DNA from: Desulfobulbus propionicus DSM 2032 | GTDB taxonomy: Bacteria; Desulfobacterota; Desulfobulbia; Desulfobulbales; Desulfobulbaceae | Assembly (NCBI RefSeq): GCF_000186885.1 | Contig: NC_014972.1 | Coordinates: forward strand, 1,860,001 to 1,892,000 | DNA length: 32,000 nucleotides | Direction: 5' to 3' | In this document: positions 1 to 8,688 of the stretch, one piece after another | How positions within the stretch are numbered: position 1 is the first letter of the stretch | Layout of the letters: each line of letters starts with the position of its first letter | Translations under genes and position numbers: made by a program | The notes under the pieces: model-generated | The model's input: only the letters and a program-made list of their open reading frames with translations | What the model was told of the DNA's origin: nothing | The model's database searches: none

Positions 1-261
1 TACAACACCCTCGGCGTCTGCTGCTACAAGATTGGCCGCTACGACCGGGCGGTCGACCATTTCCGGCGGGCGGTGGAGCTCAATCCGGCCTCGGCCATCG
101 ACTACGCCAACCTGGCGCTCAATCTGGAGCATCTGGGCGAGCGCGAGCAGGCGATCTGCAACTACGAGATCGCCCTGTCCCAGGATACCTCCATCGCCTT
201 TGCCGCCGAGCGTCTTGCCGGCCTGCTGGCGGAGGCGGCAAGCGGAGGGGAGCGCGCGTGA
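1..261 (+). CDS. TPR-repeat protein, C-terminal fragment (5' end lies outside the window)
   Basis: Frame +1 is open from base 1 to TGA at 259-261. The translation YNTLGVCCYKIGRYDRAVDHFRRAVELNPASAIDYANLALNLEHLGEREQAICNYEIAL reads as tetratricopeptide-like 34-aa units. The stop overlaps the GTG start of the next gene (GTGA). Confidence 0.6.
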   Translation, partial: YNTLGVCCYKIGRYDRAVDHFRRAVELNPASAIDYANLALNLEHLGEREQAICNYEIALSQDTSIAFAAERLAGLLAEAASGGERA

Positions 262-1319
262 AATCCCTGCCAGCCCATCCGCACAAAATTCTGGTCCGTT
301 CCACCAACTGGATCGGCGACGCGGTGATGACCACGCCGGCGGTGCGCACCATCCGCGAAAATTTCCCGGACAGTGAGATCACCCTGCTGGTGCACCCCTG
401 GGTCAGCGATGTCTTCCGCTACAGCCCCCGGGTCGATCGGTTGATCATCTATGACAAAAAAGGGCGGCACAAAGGGATACGGGGCATGCTGCAGTTGGCC
501 GGCGAGCTGCGCCAGGAGCAGTTCGACTGCGCCATCCTGCTGCAAAACGCCTTCGAGGCGGCGCTGATCACCCTGATGGCCGGCATCCCGGTGCGCGCCG
601 GCTACACCACCGACGGCCGGGGTCTGCTGCTCACCCACGGGGTGCATAAAATCACCGAACTCAACCGCAAACACGAGATCTACTACTACCAGCGGATCAT
701 GCAGGGCTTGGGACTGAAACCCGCCGTCAACGAGCTGGAGCTGTTCATTCCCGGCGAGCAGATCGACGCGGCCAAGGAGCGGCTCGCGCAACGGGGCGGC
801 GAACGATTGGGTGCGGGGCCGTTGCTCGGCTTCAACCCGGGTGCCGCCTTTGGCCCGGCCAAGCGCTGGCCGGCGGAGAAGTATGCCCAACTGGCACGGA
901 CGATCTGCGACCGGCTCGATGGATGGATCCTGCTCTTCGGCAGCGAGGCTGACCGGCAGACGGCCGCCGACATCATCGCCCGCGCCGGCAGCGCCGCTTC
1001 GCGGATGATCGATCTCACCGGCGCCACCACCCTGATCGAAGCCATGGCCCTGATCGGCGAGTGCGACGTGTTCGTCACCAACGATTCCGGCCTGATGCAT
1101 GTGGCTGCCGCCCTCCACACCCCGCTGGTGGCCATCTTCGGCTCCACCGACCACATCGCCACCGGCCCCTATGCCGACAATGCGGTGGTGATCCGCAAAC
1201 CGTTGCCCTGCAGCCCCTGCAAGAAGACCCATTGTCCGGAAAAGCATTTCCGCTGCATGAAGCTGATCGACAGCGACGAGGTCTTCGCCGCGGTCGAGGG
1301 CATTCTCAAGGAGTCCTGA
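258..1319 (+). CDS. waaF: Lipopolysaccharide heptosyltransferase II (glycosyltransferase family 9)
   Basis: 353-aa ORF with a GTG start preceded by GGAGGGGAG. The N-terminal ILVRSTNWIGDAVMTTPA and C-terminal ECDVFVTNDSGLMHVAAAL...FGSTD blocks are typical of GT9 heptosyltransferases. It is followed by gmhB with an ATGA overlap. Confidence 0.85.
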   Translation: MKSLPAHPHKILVRSTNWIGDAVMTTPAVRTIRENFPDSEITLLVHPWVSDVFRYSPRVDRLIIYDKKGRHKGIRGMLQLAGELRQEQFDCAILLQNAFEAALITLMAGIPVRAGYTTDGRGLLLTHGVHKITELNRKHEIYYYQRIMQGLGLKPAVNELELFIPGEQIDAAKERLAQRGGERLGAGPLLGFNPGAAFGPAKRWPAEKYAQLARTICDRLDGWILLFGSEADRQTAADIIARAGSAASRMIDLTGATTLIEAMALIGECDVFVTNDSGLMHVAAALHTPLVAIFGSTDHIATGPYADNAVVIRKPLPCSPCKKTHCPEKHFRCMKLIDSDEVFAAVEGILKES

Positions 1320-1942
1320 TGAGCGCCCCACCTTCCTCGCCGGGCGGTGTTTCCACTCGCCAGCCGGCGGTGTTTCTTGATCGCGACGGCACCATCAACG
1401 AGCAGATGGGCTACATCAACCACATCAGCCGTTTTCATCTCCTGCCGGGGGTGGGCCAGGCCATCCGCCGTCTCAATGAATATGGCCTGCCGGTGCTGGT
1501 GGTGACCAATCAGTCCGGGCTGGCGCGCGGCTACTTTCCCGAATCGCTGCTCGACGAGGTGCATGCGGAGATGCGCCGCCAACTCGCTTTACAGGGCGCG
1601 CACATCGACGGCCTCTACATCTGCCCCCACCATCCCGAGGCCAAGGAAGAACGGTTCCGGTTGACCTGCACTTGCCGTAAACCCCGAACGGGCTTGCTCG
1701 AACAGGCGGCGGCTGAAAGGCATCTCGATTTGCCGCGCTCCTATGTGGTCGGCGACCGCTGGTCGGATCTGCGTTGCGGGGCGGCGGTTGGGGCCACCAC
1801 CATCCTGGTGCTGACCGGCTACGGCCGCGGCGATGCCCAGTACATCGGCCCCACCCAAACGGTCCAGCCCGATTTTGTGGCCGAGGATCTGCAAACGGCG
1901 GTGCAATGGATTCTCGACCGGGAAAACAACAAGCAAGGGTGA
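1319..1942 (+). CDS. gmhB: D-glycero-beta-D-manno-heptose-1,7-bisphosphate 7-phosphatase (HAD family)
   Basis: The internal ATG at 1319 overlaps the waaF stop. HAD motifs are FLDRDGTIN, VVTNQSG and GDRWSDL. The GmhB-type Zn-binding loop CPHHPEAKEERFRLTCTCRKP is present. The longer ORF starting at 1061 is out of context because it overlaps waaF. Confidence 0.85.
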   Translation: MSAPPSSPGGVSTRQPAVFLDRDGTINEQMGYINHISRFHLLPGVGQAIRRLNEYGLPVLVVTNQSGLARGYFPESLLDEVHAEMRRQLALQGAHIDGLYICPHHPEAKEERFRLTCTCRKPRTGLLEQAAAERHLDLPRSYVVGDRWSDLRCGAAVGATTILVLTGYGRGDAQYIGPTQTVQPDFVAEDLQTAVQWILDRENNKQG

Positions 1943-1999
1943 ACCGTCAACGCGACGACCCCCTTTTTGATACGTCCACCAACTGAGGAGGAACAGGCT

Positions 2000-2596
2000 A
2001 TGCGACGAACGTCAAACCATTTCACCATGATCGCAGCGATCTTCACCATGCTGATCCTGGTGTCCGGATGCGGCTACAACAGCTTGCAACAGAAGGAGGA
2101 GGCCGTCTTCAAGGCCTGGGCGGACATCGAGGCGAATCTGCAGCGGCGGGCCGATTTGATCCCCAACCTGGTCGAAACCGTCAAGGGGTATGCGGCCCAT
2201 GAACAGGCGACCCTGGAAGCGGTGATCAGTGCCCGCGCCAAGGCCACCTCGGTGCAGCTGTCCACCAAGGATTTGAGCAATCCCGCGACCATGCAGCAGC
2301 TCCAGGAAGCGCAGGGCGGTTTGAGCTCCGCCCTGGCCCGGTTGATGGTGGTGGCCGAACAGTATCCGGACCTCAAGGCCAATCAGAATTTTCTCGATCT
2401 GCAAAACCAGCTGGAAGGCACGGAAAATCGAATCAATGTCTCCCGGCAGCGCTACAATCAGGCGGTCGAAACCTTCAACGCCGCCATCCGCCGATTCCCG
2501 GAGAGCCTGACCAACAACCTGCTGCTCCATCTGGAACGCAAGGAGTATTTCAAGGCCGCGCCCGAGTCACGGGAAGCGCCCAAAGTCAAGTTTTAA
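2000..2596 (+). CDS. LemA family membrane protein
   Basis: ATG at 2000 follows GAGGAGGA at about 1985-1992. It has an N-terminal TM/lipobox-like segment ([10 protein letters not shown]) and then the LemA signature region [41 protein letters not shown]. Confidence 0.85.
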   Translation: MRRTSNHFTMIAAIFTMLILVSGCGYNSLQQKEEAVFKAWADIEANLQRRADLIPNLVETVKGYAAHEQATLEAVISARAKATSVQLSTKDLSNPATMQQLQEAQGGLSSALARLMVVAEQYPDLKANQNFLDLQNQLEGTENRINVSRQRYNQAVETFNAAIRRFPESLTNNLLLHLERKEYFKAAPESREAPKVKF

Positions 2597-2612
2597 CCCC
2601 TCTGCGATCGCC

Positions 2613-3503
2613 ATGACAGCTCGTGAATCCTTCGCCGCCCCCCTGCTGGCCGTTGTGCTGGCGGCTGTCGTTACCCTTCTCTCAGCCCCCCCGGCCCTGG
2701 CTCTCGATGTTCCGGTCCTGGCCGGCCGGATCAACGACACCGCGGGGATTCTTGCGCCGCACACCATCAGCCTGCTCGATCATTCCCTGCAGAGCCTGGA
2801 GGAACACGAATCCACTCAGATCGTGGTGCTCACCATTCCGAGCCTGAAGGGCGACAGTGTGGAAGGGTATGCCCTCAGGGTCGCGGAACAGTGGCAAATC
2901 GGGCAGAAAGGGCTGGATAACGGGGCCCTGCTGCTGGTGGCGGTCAAGGAACGAAAAATCCGCATCGAGGTCGGCTACGGCCTGGAAGGCACCCTGACCG
3001 ATCTGGTCGCCGGACGGATCATTCGCGAACGGATGGTGCCCGCCTTCCGGCGGGGTGACTACGATCAAGGGGTAAGGGATGGAGTGGCGGCGATGATCGC
3101 CGCCGTGCAAGGGGAGTTCGCCGGCACGGAAGCATCGGTTGAACGGGGCGCGTCGCCGGATCCGGGCGGGTTTCTCGTGCTGCTGATCGTCGGCCTGTTG
3201 TTCATCGGCAAGGTCTTCCGCTGGCACAAACCGCTGGCCGCTGGTTTGGGCGGGGTGTTCGCGCCCCTGCTCGCCGGAGTGGTGTTTGCCGGCTTGTTCA
3301 GTTGGCTGATGGTCCTCCTGCTTATCCCGCTGGGCATGCTTGGCGCCTTGATGGCCACCCTGCTGAGCGGAACGGCTGGCATCCGCCGTTCCGGTGGGAC
3401 CTTTCCCGGCCTGGGCGGTGGCTTCGGTGAAGGTTTCGGTGGCGGCGGGTTCAGCGGCGGTGGTGGAGGTTTCGGCGGTGGAGGCGCCTCGGGAGGATGG
3501 TGA
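2613..3503 (+). CDS. TPM-domain (YgcG-like) membrane protein with a Gly-rich C-terminal tail
   Basis: Signal peptide ending SAPPALA|LDVP. TPM-like blocks are INDTAGILAP, TQIVVLTIPSL and ALLLVAVKERKIRIEVGYGLEG. Hydrophobic TM segments are followed by the tail GGGFGEGFGGGGFSGGGGGFGGGGASGGW. Confidence 0.8.
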   Translation: MTARESFAAPLLAVVLAAVVTLLSAPPALALDVPVLAGRINDTAGILAPHTISLLDHSLQSLEEHESTQIVVLTIPSLKGDSVEGYALRVAEQWQIGQKGLDNGALLLVAVKERKIRIEVGYGLEGTLTDLVAGRIIRERMVPAFRRGDYDQGVRDGVAAMIAAVQGEFAGTEASVERGASPDPGGFLVLLIVGLLFIGKVFRWHKPLAAGLGGVFAPLLAGVVFAGLFSWLMVLLLIPLGMLGALMATLLSGTAGIRRSGGTFPGLGGGFGEGFGGGGFSGGGGGFGGGGASGGW

Positions 3504-3505
3504 CC

Positions 3506-4189
3506 ATGGATACACTTGCGCAACGGTTTTTCAGCACGGAAGAGCAGGAGCAGATCACCCAGGCGGTGCGGGAGATGGAAGGGCAGACCAGCGGCGAGAT
3601 CGTACCGATGGTGGTTTCAGCCTCCCACAGCTATCCCGAGGCCCAATTGACCGGGGCTGTACTCCTCTCCCTGCCCCTGGCCCTGATCGCTGCCTTTGCC
3701 ACCAGCAGCCTGCTGTGGTGGCGGGGGGAGGTACTGTGGCTTTTTCTTCTCTTTTTTCTGTGCTTCTTTGCAGGTGCGCGGCTGTTGGTGCGCCATCCGG
3801 TCCTGCTGCGTCTGTTTCTCCGCGACGAACGGACCGAAGAAGAGGTTCAACGGGCGGCGCTGGCTCACTTCTACAGCGAAGGGCTGCACCAGACCAGGGA
3901 TGCCACCGGAGTGCTGATCTACATTTCGGTGTTGGAGCGCCGGGTATGGATCCTTGGCGATCAGGGCATCAACGAACGGCTTGCGCCGCAGACCTGGCAG
4001 CACTGCGTGGACGGGTTGGCGCGCGGCATCCGGGAGAAGCGCCAGGCTGCGGCCCTGTACACGGCTATTGCCGAGATTGGGACCCTGCTGCGAGACCATT
4101 TTCCGCCCCGAACCGATGACCGCAATGAACTGGGCGACCTGATCATCGTGGATGACCGACCGGCTCGGCGGCAGCTGGTGGTTCGATAG
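3506..4189 (+). CDS. TPM-domain membrane protein (second member of the LemA/TPM/TPM triad)
   Basis: The N-terminal FFSTEEQEQITQAVREMEGQTSGEIVPMVV and the later ATGVLIYISVLERRVWILGDQGI fit the TPM/TLP18.3 phosphatase-like fold, which is split by TM helices. I prefer ATG 3506, 9 nt after GGAGG at 3492-3496, over ATG 3497, which abuts the SD. Confidence 0.75.
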   Translation: MDTLAQRFFSTEEQEQITQAVREMEGQTSGEIVPMVVSASHSYPEAQLTGAVLLSLPLALIAAFATSSLLWWRGEVLWLFLLFFLCFFAGARLLVRHPVLLRLFLRDERTEEEVQRAALAHFYSEGLHQTRDATGVLIYISVLERRVWILGDQGINERLAPQTWQHCVDGLARGIREKRQAAALYTAIAEIGTLLRDHFPPRTDDRNELGDLIIVDDRPARRQLVVR

Positions 4190-4192
4190 GAG

Positions 4193-5050
4193 ATGGAGCA
4201 CGCGTCGAACACCGGACACGGGAAGCGGTTTTTCGCCCGATTCCCCGACCGGCCGCTGATCATCGCCCACCGGGGCTACCGTGCCTGTTATCCGGAAAAC
4301 ACCTTGTGCGCCTTTGCCCACAGTCTGGGCCGCTGCGACATGATCGAGCTCGATGTTCAGTTGAGCCGTGATGGCGAGGTGGTGGTCTTCCATGACGACG
4401 AGCTGGGGCGGACCAGCAATGGGGCGACCCTGGCCCACGAACTCGGTCTGCCCGCCCTGCGCTTGGGCGACTGGTCCTTGGCCCAGTTGCGCCGCCTCGA
4501 TGTCGGTTCCTGGTTTTTGGACGCCGATCCCTTTGCCGCCCTGGCCAAGGGACTGGTCAGCCGCGACCAGCTGCTCGGCCTGATGCCGCAGCGCATCCCC
4601 ATCCTGCGGGAAGTGCTGGCCTGGGCCTCGGCCCACGACTTGCCGCTCAACGTCGAACTCAAGGACAGCGGCCAAGAGGGAAGGAATGAACAGCTGGCTG
4701 CGGCGGTGGTGGCAGAAATCCAAGCCTCCGGCACCCGCGACCTGGTGCTGCTTTCCTCGTTCAATCACGATCTGCTTCGGGCCTGCCGCCAACGTGCCCC
4801 GGAAATCGCCGTGGCCGCCCTTCAGGAAGAGGGGCATCCGCCGGATATGATTCCCTATCTGCGCGCCCTCGGCGTGCAGGCCTATCATCCCGAAGACACC
4901 CTCGTTGATGCCGCCCTGGTTGCCGCCCTGCGCGCCGCCGGTTTGCCGGTCAACGTGTTCACCGTCAACGACCCCGGCCGCCAGCAACAGCTGTTCGCAC
5001 TCGGGGTCAACGGCATCTTCACCGATTTTCCTGATTCCTGTTCTCGATAA
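4193..5050 (+). CDS. Glycerophosphodiester phosphodiesterase family protein
   Basis: GDPD motifs are IIAHRGYRACYPENTLCAF and IELDVQLSRDGEVVVFHDDEL, with a C-terminal GVNGIFTDFP. AGGAG lies 3 nt upstream of the ATG. Confidence 0.8.
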   Translation: MEHASNTGHGKRFFARFPDRPLIIAHRGYRACYPENTLCAFAHSLGRCDMIELDVQLSRDGEVVVFHDDELGRTSNGATLAHELGLPALRLGDWSLAQLRRLDVGSWFLDADPFAALAKGLVSRDQLLGLMPQRIPILREVLAWASAHDLPLNVELKDSGQEGRNEQLAAAVVAEIQASGTRDLVLLSSFNHDLLRACRQRAPEIAVAALQEEGHPPDMIPYLRALGVQAYHPEDTLVDAALVAALRAAGLPVNVFTVNDPGRQQQLFALGVNGIFTDFPDSCSR

Positions 5051-5080
5051 CCCCTTTGCCGACCGGCGGCGAAAGGCTGT

Positions 5081-5737
5081 TCACCGCGAGTGGATGCCGC
5101 TGTCTCCGAGACAGGTCTTCTGTCGGTCGGCAAGATTGCGCAGGTAGCGGTCCACCTTGGCCCGACCGATGCGGCCCAGCTCCTGCATCAGAGTGAAGGG
5201 AATTTCGTCGAGTCCGTAGCGATCGCACAGCACATCGGTCATGGCGATCCACACATGGCCGGTCATCTCGGCATCGGCCAGGGCGCGATGAAAGGTGCCG
5301 TCGGTGAAGATGCCCAGATGGTTGACCAGGGTGGCCAGCTTATGGTTGGGGGATTCGGGAAAGAGGCGGCGGGAGGCGAGCACGGTGCAAGCCATGGGGT
5401 TGGACTGGTGGCGGCCGATCAACGCCAGTTCGGCGTCAAGAAAGGCGCGGTCAAAGCCGGCGTTGTGAGCCACCAGGGGCAGATCGCCCATCCAGTCAGC
5501 GAACCGGTTCATCACCTCTTCACAGGGCGGGGCGTGGGCAATCAGGTCATTGCTGATGCCGGTGAGACGTTCGATGAACCAGCTGATGGTGAAACCGGGG
5601 TTCATCAACGCCTGAAAGCGGTCAACGATCCGGTCGTGCTCGATGCGCACCGCCCCCACCTCGATCGGCCGGTCGCCCCGGTTCGGCGAATGGCCGGTGG
5701 TTTCAAAATCAAGAACAATGACGGCAGGGGTGGACAT
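5081..5737 (-). CDS. DEDDh 3'-5' exonuclease (DNA polymerase III epsilon-like, stand-alone)
   Basis: Exo I VLDFETTG, Exo II LVAHNAGFDRAFL and Exo III HRALADAEMTG are all present in a 218-aa ORF. Confidence 0.85.
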   Translation of the reverse strand: MSTPAVIVLDFETTGHSPNRGDRPIEVGAVRIEHDRIVDRFQALMNPGFTISWFIERLTGISNDLIAHAPPCEEVMNRFADWMGDLPLVAHNAGFDRAFLDAELALIGRHQSNPMACTVLASRRLFPESPNHKLATLVNHLGIFTDGTFHRALADAEMTGHVWIAMTDVLCDRYGLDEIPFTLMQELGRIGRAKVDRYLRNLADRQKTCLGDSGIHSR

Positions 5738-5894
5738 AGACCAGCGGTGAGTGATTGTGGGCAGAGAACGACGAAGAAAGCCAAAAGCGTGCCTGAAGGT
5801 TGGCCTGGGTTCCTTCCCCTCGGCGCGGGGAGCCCAGGGACAGCGGGCGCACGACCGTTTCCTGTTTACGCCACCCGTCGGGGGAATGCAAGCA

Positions 5895-6500
5895 TCACCT
5901 GGTCAGCAGGCGGAGATTGATCGCCTCGACCCGCAGGCCGTGTGAACCGCGTCGCAGGAGATTGACCGCGCAATGGTCCTGGGGAAGCGCGAACAGGGTA
6001 CACAACGGCCGGTCCAGCAGACGGGAGAGAATCACCCGATTGACCCCGGCGTGGGCGACGACGAGCAGCGGACCGGGGTGCTCGTCGGCCAGCGCCCGCA
6101 AGGCCGGGAGGGCGCGGGCCGCCAGATCGGCGAAACTTTCACCGCCCGGAGGCCGGAAATGTTCCAGATCCTGGCCGCGCTGTTCATAGGCTCCGGGATA
6201 GCGGGCCTGGACCTCAGCCACGCTCAGGCCTTCCCAGTCGCCGAGATTGATTTCCGTCAATGCCGCCATCGATTGAATCTCGGCCAGCGGACGGTTGCCG
6301 GCCAGTGCGGCGGTGTGCAGCGCCCGTTGCAGGGGCGAGGAAAAGATATGGCTGAAGGTGAGCGCACGGAGCCGCTCGCCCACCATGCGCGCCTGGCGGA
6401 TGCCCTCTGCATTGAGCGGCAGGTCGGTCTGGCCCAGGAAGCGGCGCGGCGAGGATGTGTCGATCGCGCCGTGGCGAGCAAGAACGATCAGCGACTGCAC
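5895..6500 (-). CDS. Histidine phosphatase family protein (CobC / phosphoglycerate-mutase-like); last gene of the mop accessory module
   Basis: The GTG at 6500 gives VQSLIVLARHGAID (RHG motif), then SSPLQRALHTA and LVVAHAGVNR. This start overlaps the upstream gene stop (6488-6490) by 13 nt. The Arg/Gly-rich N-terminal extension of the 371-aa ORF is out-of-frame overlap with the upstream gene and is discarded. Confidence 0.8.
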   Translation of the reverse strand: MQSLIVLARHGAIDTSSPRRFLGQTDLPLNAEGIRQARMVGERLRALTFSHIFSSPLQRALHTAALAGNRPLAEIQSMAALTEINLGDWEGLSVAEVQARYPGAYEQRGQDLEHFRPPGGESFADLAARALPALRALADEHPGPLLVVAHAGVNRVILSRLLDRPLCTLFALPQDHCAVNLLRRGSHGLRVEAINLRLLTR

Positions 6501-7654
6501 GGTCGGCCGACGGTCTGCAGAATTTCGGCCACCGGCTGCCCGGCCTCGGCGGCGACGGCCTCGGCCAGGCCCACGGCCAGCTGGTAGCGCTCGCCGATGG
6601 CCCGCAATGCCTCGGCATCCTGCCCATAGAGGACCAGTTTTTCCTCGAAACGCTCGCTGAGATCGACCATCCGACTGCCGCGAACCAGCTTGTCGGCCAG
6701 ATGGACCAGTTCGCGTTCGCCGATGGCCCTCCCCGGCCGCCAATCCAGATCCTTGTGGGCGGCCACTATCTCCGCCGCCCGGGCAAAGCCCAGTTGCCGC
6801 AGCCAGCGCGCCCCTTCCTCCTCGTGTTCGGGATGCCCTTTGGCCAGGTCGTGCAGCAGGCCGCTGGCCCGGCACAAATCCGCGTCCAGCTGTTTGCCGC
6901 CGTGCCGGTTGACGGCGTTGCACAGGGCAACCGCCACCTCGGCCACCCGCTGGCCGTGGGCCAGCCCCTTGGCCGTCATGGGGTGGATGTGGTCGAGAAT
7001 GGCGGCACATTCGTCGCTGGCGGGGTATTCCTGGCGATGCAAGGCGTGGCGGGCGGCGAGATAGTCCTCCGGAGTATCCATGTCAAAATGGATGTGGGCA
7101 TCCGCCACCTGGACCTCCTGCACCATGGCCGGCCGCGCGGCCTCGACCTCTGCCAGGAGGGTGCGCAGGCCGCCCTCGGGTTGCCGCTCCCGCTTGATCA
7201 ACGGAATCAGTTCAGCGGCGAGCAGGGGCGGATGGCCGCGTCGGCCGGCAAACAGCGGGTAGAAGATGTGCCCGGAGTGCCGGACAAAGGCATCGGCCAG
7301 CCGTTTGATGGTGCCGCACCGCACCAGCGGAATGTCCACCGGCAGAAGGAAAAAGCCGCTTGTCCCGTCCCGAAGATCGTGCACCCCGGCGCGGATCGAG
7401 CTGTACATGCCGCTGGCGAAATTCGGATTGTGGGCCACCCGCGCGCCGACCCCTCGGGCCATGGCCCCTACCTCCTCGTGCCGATGACCGGTGACCACCA
7501 CCACCTCGTCAATACCGCACTGGCGGAACAGCTCCACGCACCGTTGCAGCACGGTTTGTTGCCCTTCCGTGGCCAGCGGCAGCAGGGCCTTGAGTTGCCC
7601 CATGCGCGAGGAAAACCCGGCCGCGAGGATCAGGGCGCTCAGGCGAGGTGCCAT
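6488..7654 (-). CDS. MobA/MocA-like NTP transferase fused to a C-terminal HD phosphohydrolase domain
   Basis: The N-terminal LILAAGFSSRMG...LLPVDIPLV is typical of molybdenum-cofactor nucleotidyltransferases. The C-terminal half carries GLLHDLAKGHPEHE and AAHKDLD (HD domain). The start overlaps the XdhC stop by 16 nt. Confidence 0.8.
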   Translation of the reverse strand: MAPRLSALILAAGFSSRMGQLKALLPLATEGQQTVLQRCVELFRQCGIDEVVVVTGHRHEEVGAMARGVGARVAHNPNFASGMYSSIRAGVHDLRDGTSGFFLLPVDIPLVRCGTIKRLADAFVRHSGHIFYPLFAGRRGHPPLLAAELIPLIKRERQPEGGLRTLLAEVEAARPAMVQEVQVADAHIHFDMDTPEDYLAARHALHRQEYPASDECAAILDHIHPMTAKGLAHGQRVAEVAVALCNAVNRHGGKQLDADLCRASGLLHDLAKGHPEHEEEGARWLRQLGFARAAEIVAAHKDLDWRPGRAIGERELVHLADKLVRGSRMVDLSERFEEKLVLYGQDAEALRAIGERYQLAVGLAEAVAAEAGQPVAEILQTVGRPCSR

Positions 7655-8688
7655 GCCTTGCGGCCGGTGGCCCGCTGATAGATCAGTTCGCCGACGACGG
7701 ACACCGCGATTTCTTCCGGGGTGTCCGCCTCGATGGCAAGGCCGATGGGGCAGCGCACCTGCTCCAGCTGGGCCTCGGTCACGCCCTTGTCCATCAGCCT
7801 GACATAGATGCTGTTGCGTTTCTTGCGGGAGCCGATCATGCCGATGTAGCCGGCCCCGGTCTGCAACGCCTGTTCGAGCACCTCCATGTCGTGCAGGTGG
7901 CCGCGGGTGACGATCACCAGATAGGCATCGCGATCAATATCCTCGCCCTGGAAGCAGCCGGCAAACGACGGCAGCACCCTGATCTCGTCGGCCGAGGGAA
8001 AACGCTCCTGGTTGGCGAATTCGCTCCGGTCATCCATGACCACCACCCGGAATCCGACCCGGGCCGCGGCCTCGGCGGTGCAGGCGGCCACGTGGCCGGC
8101 GCCGATCAGGTAGAGATTGCCGCCGACCGCGAACGAGGCGACCAGATAGCATTGCCCCGCCTGTTCCAGGACGGTGGCCGCCGAGGTGGAAGGCCGGAGC
8201 TGCTTGACGGCCGCGAGCAGGGCTTCGGAAACATCGGCGGCGGTTGTTCTGCCCTTGTGATCGACGACAAAGCGCTGTTCACCGTTGTGCGCTTCCAACG
8301 GGCTGACCAGAACGGCCCGGCGGCCCGATTCCATGGCCGCGAGCAGGTCGCCGAACACCGCCCGGTTGGACGCATCGGCCCGGATGCATTCCAAACAGAA
8401 TTCCATCCGTCCGCCGCAGATCATGTCGGTGACGGCGGCATCGCCGTTGGACAGATCAAAGGCATGGCAGCGGGAAACGCCGGTGGCAAAACAGTCTGCC
8501 GCTTCCCTGATGGCCGCAGCCTCGACCAGACCGCCGCCAATGGTGCCGGCGATGCGTCCGTCGCGAAAGACGATCATTTTCGCGCCCGCCACCCGGGGAG
8601 TGGACCCGGATTGGCTGCACACGGTGGCCAGAACAAGATCCTGACCGCTGTCCAAGGTGGTGCATATTTGCTGAATCAATTTTTTCAT
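7639..8688 (-). CDS. XdhC/CoxI-family molybdoenzyme maturation chaperone
   Basis: N-terminal XdhC_CoxI block VLATVCSQSGSTPRVAGAKMIV...GTIGGG and a C-terminal Rossmann-like block LYLIGAGHVAACTAEAAARVGFRVVVMDDR. ATGA overlap with the upstream ligase gene. Confidence 0.85.
   Translation of the reverse strand: MKKLIQQICTTLDSGQDLVLATVCSQSGSTPRVAGAKMIVFRDGRIAGTIGGGLVEAAAIREAADCFATGVSRCHAFDLSNGDAAVTDMICGGRMEFCLECIRADASNRAVFGDLLAAMESGRRAVLVSPLEAHNGEQRFVVDHKGRTTAADVSEALLAAVKQLRPSTSAATVLEQAGQCYLVASFAVGGNLYLIGAGHVAACTAEAAARVGFRVVVMDDRSEFANQERFPSADEIRVLPSFAGCFQGEDIDRDAYLVIVTRGHLHDMEVLEQALQTGAGYIGMIGSRKKRNSIYVRLMDKGVTEAQLEQVRCPIGLAIEADTPEEIAVSVVGELIYQRATGRKAWHLA

Noticed and set aside
1061-1318. Upstream extension of the gmhB ORF, and similar upstream extensions at 1967, 10100, 12756, 12880, 18026, 19633, 22397, 26516 and 31981
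   Set aside because: In each case an internal ATG with a proper SD and/or exact stop-start coupling gives a protein that begins at the family-typical N-terminus. The extensions overlap upstream genes or promoters.
162-1331. 389-aa minus-strand ORF antisense to waaF
   Set aside because: It is a shadow ORF typical of GC-rich DNA. The translation is low-complexity (Gly/Ala/Arg/Asp-rich) with no motifs, whereas the plus-strand frame has clear GT9 motifs.
3394-3503. Repetitive ggcggtgg/ggtttcgg DNA that looked like a tandem repeat
   Set aside because: It is the coding sequence of the Gly/Phe-rich tail of the TPM protein. It is low-complexity coding sequence, not a structured repeat or array.
3617-4987. 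456-aa minus-strand ORF antisense to the TPM and GDPD genes
   Set aside because: It spans two well-supported plus-strand genes and their boundary. Its composition is Gly/Gln/Ala-rich with no motifs and no SD.
5806-5838. Hairpin CTGGG...CCCC-tcggcgc-GGGG...CCCAG downstream of the last accessory gene, considered as the operon terminator
   Set aside because: The stem is imperfect and no U-tract follows on the minus strand. This is too weak to call, although it may still contribute to termination.
6501-7010. N-terminal 170-aa extension of the histidine phosphatase ORF (5895-7010)
   Set aside because: The extension is extremely Arg/Gly/Pro-rich and lies wholly inside the well-supported NTP-transferase-HD gene in another frame. 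The GTG at 6500 gives a normal RHG-family N-terminus.
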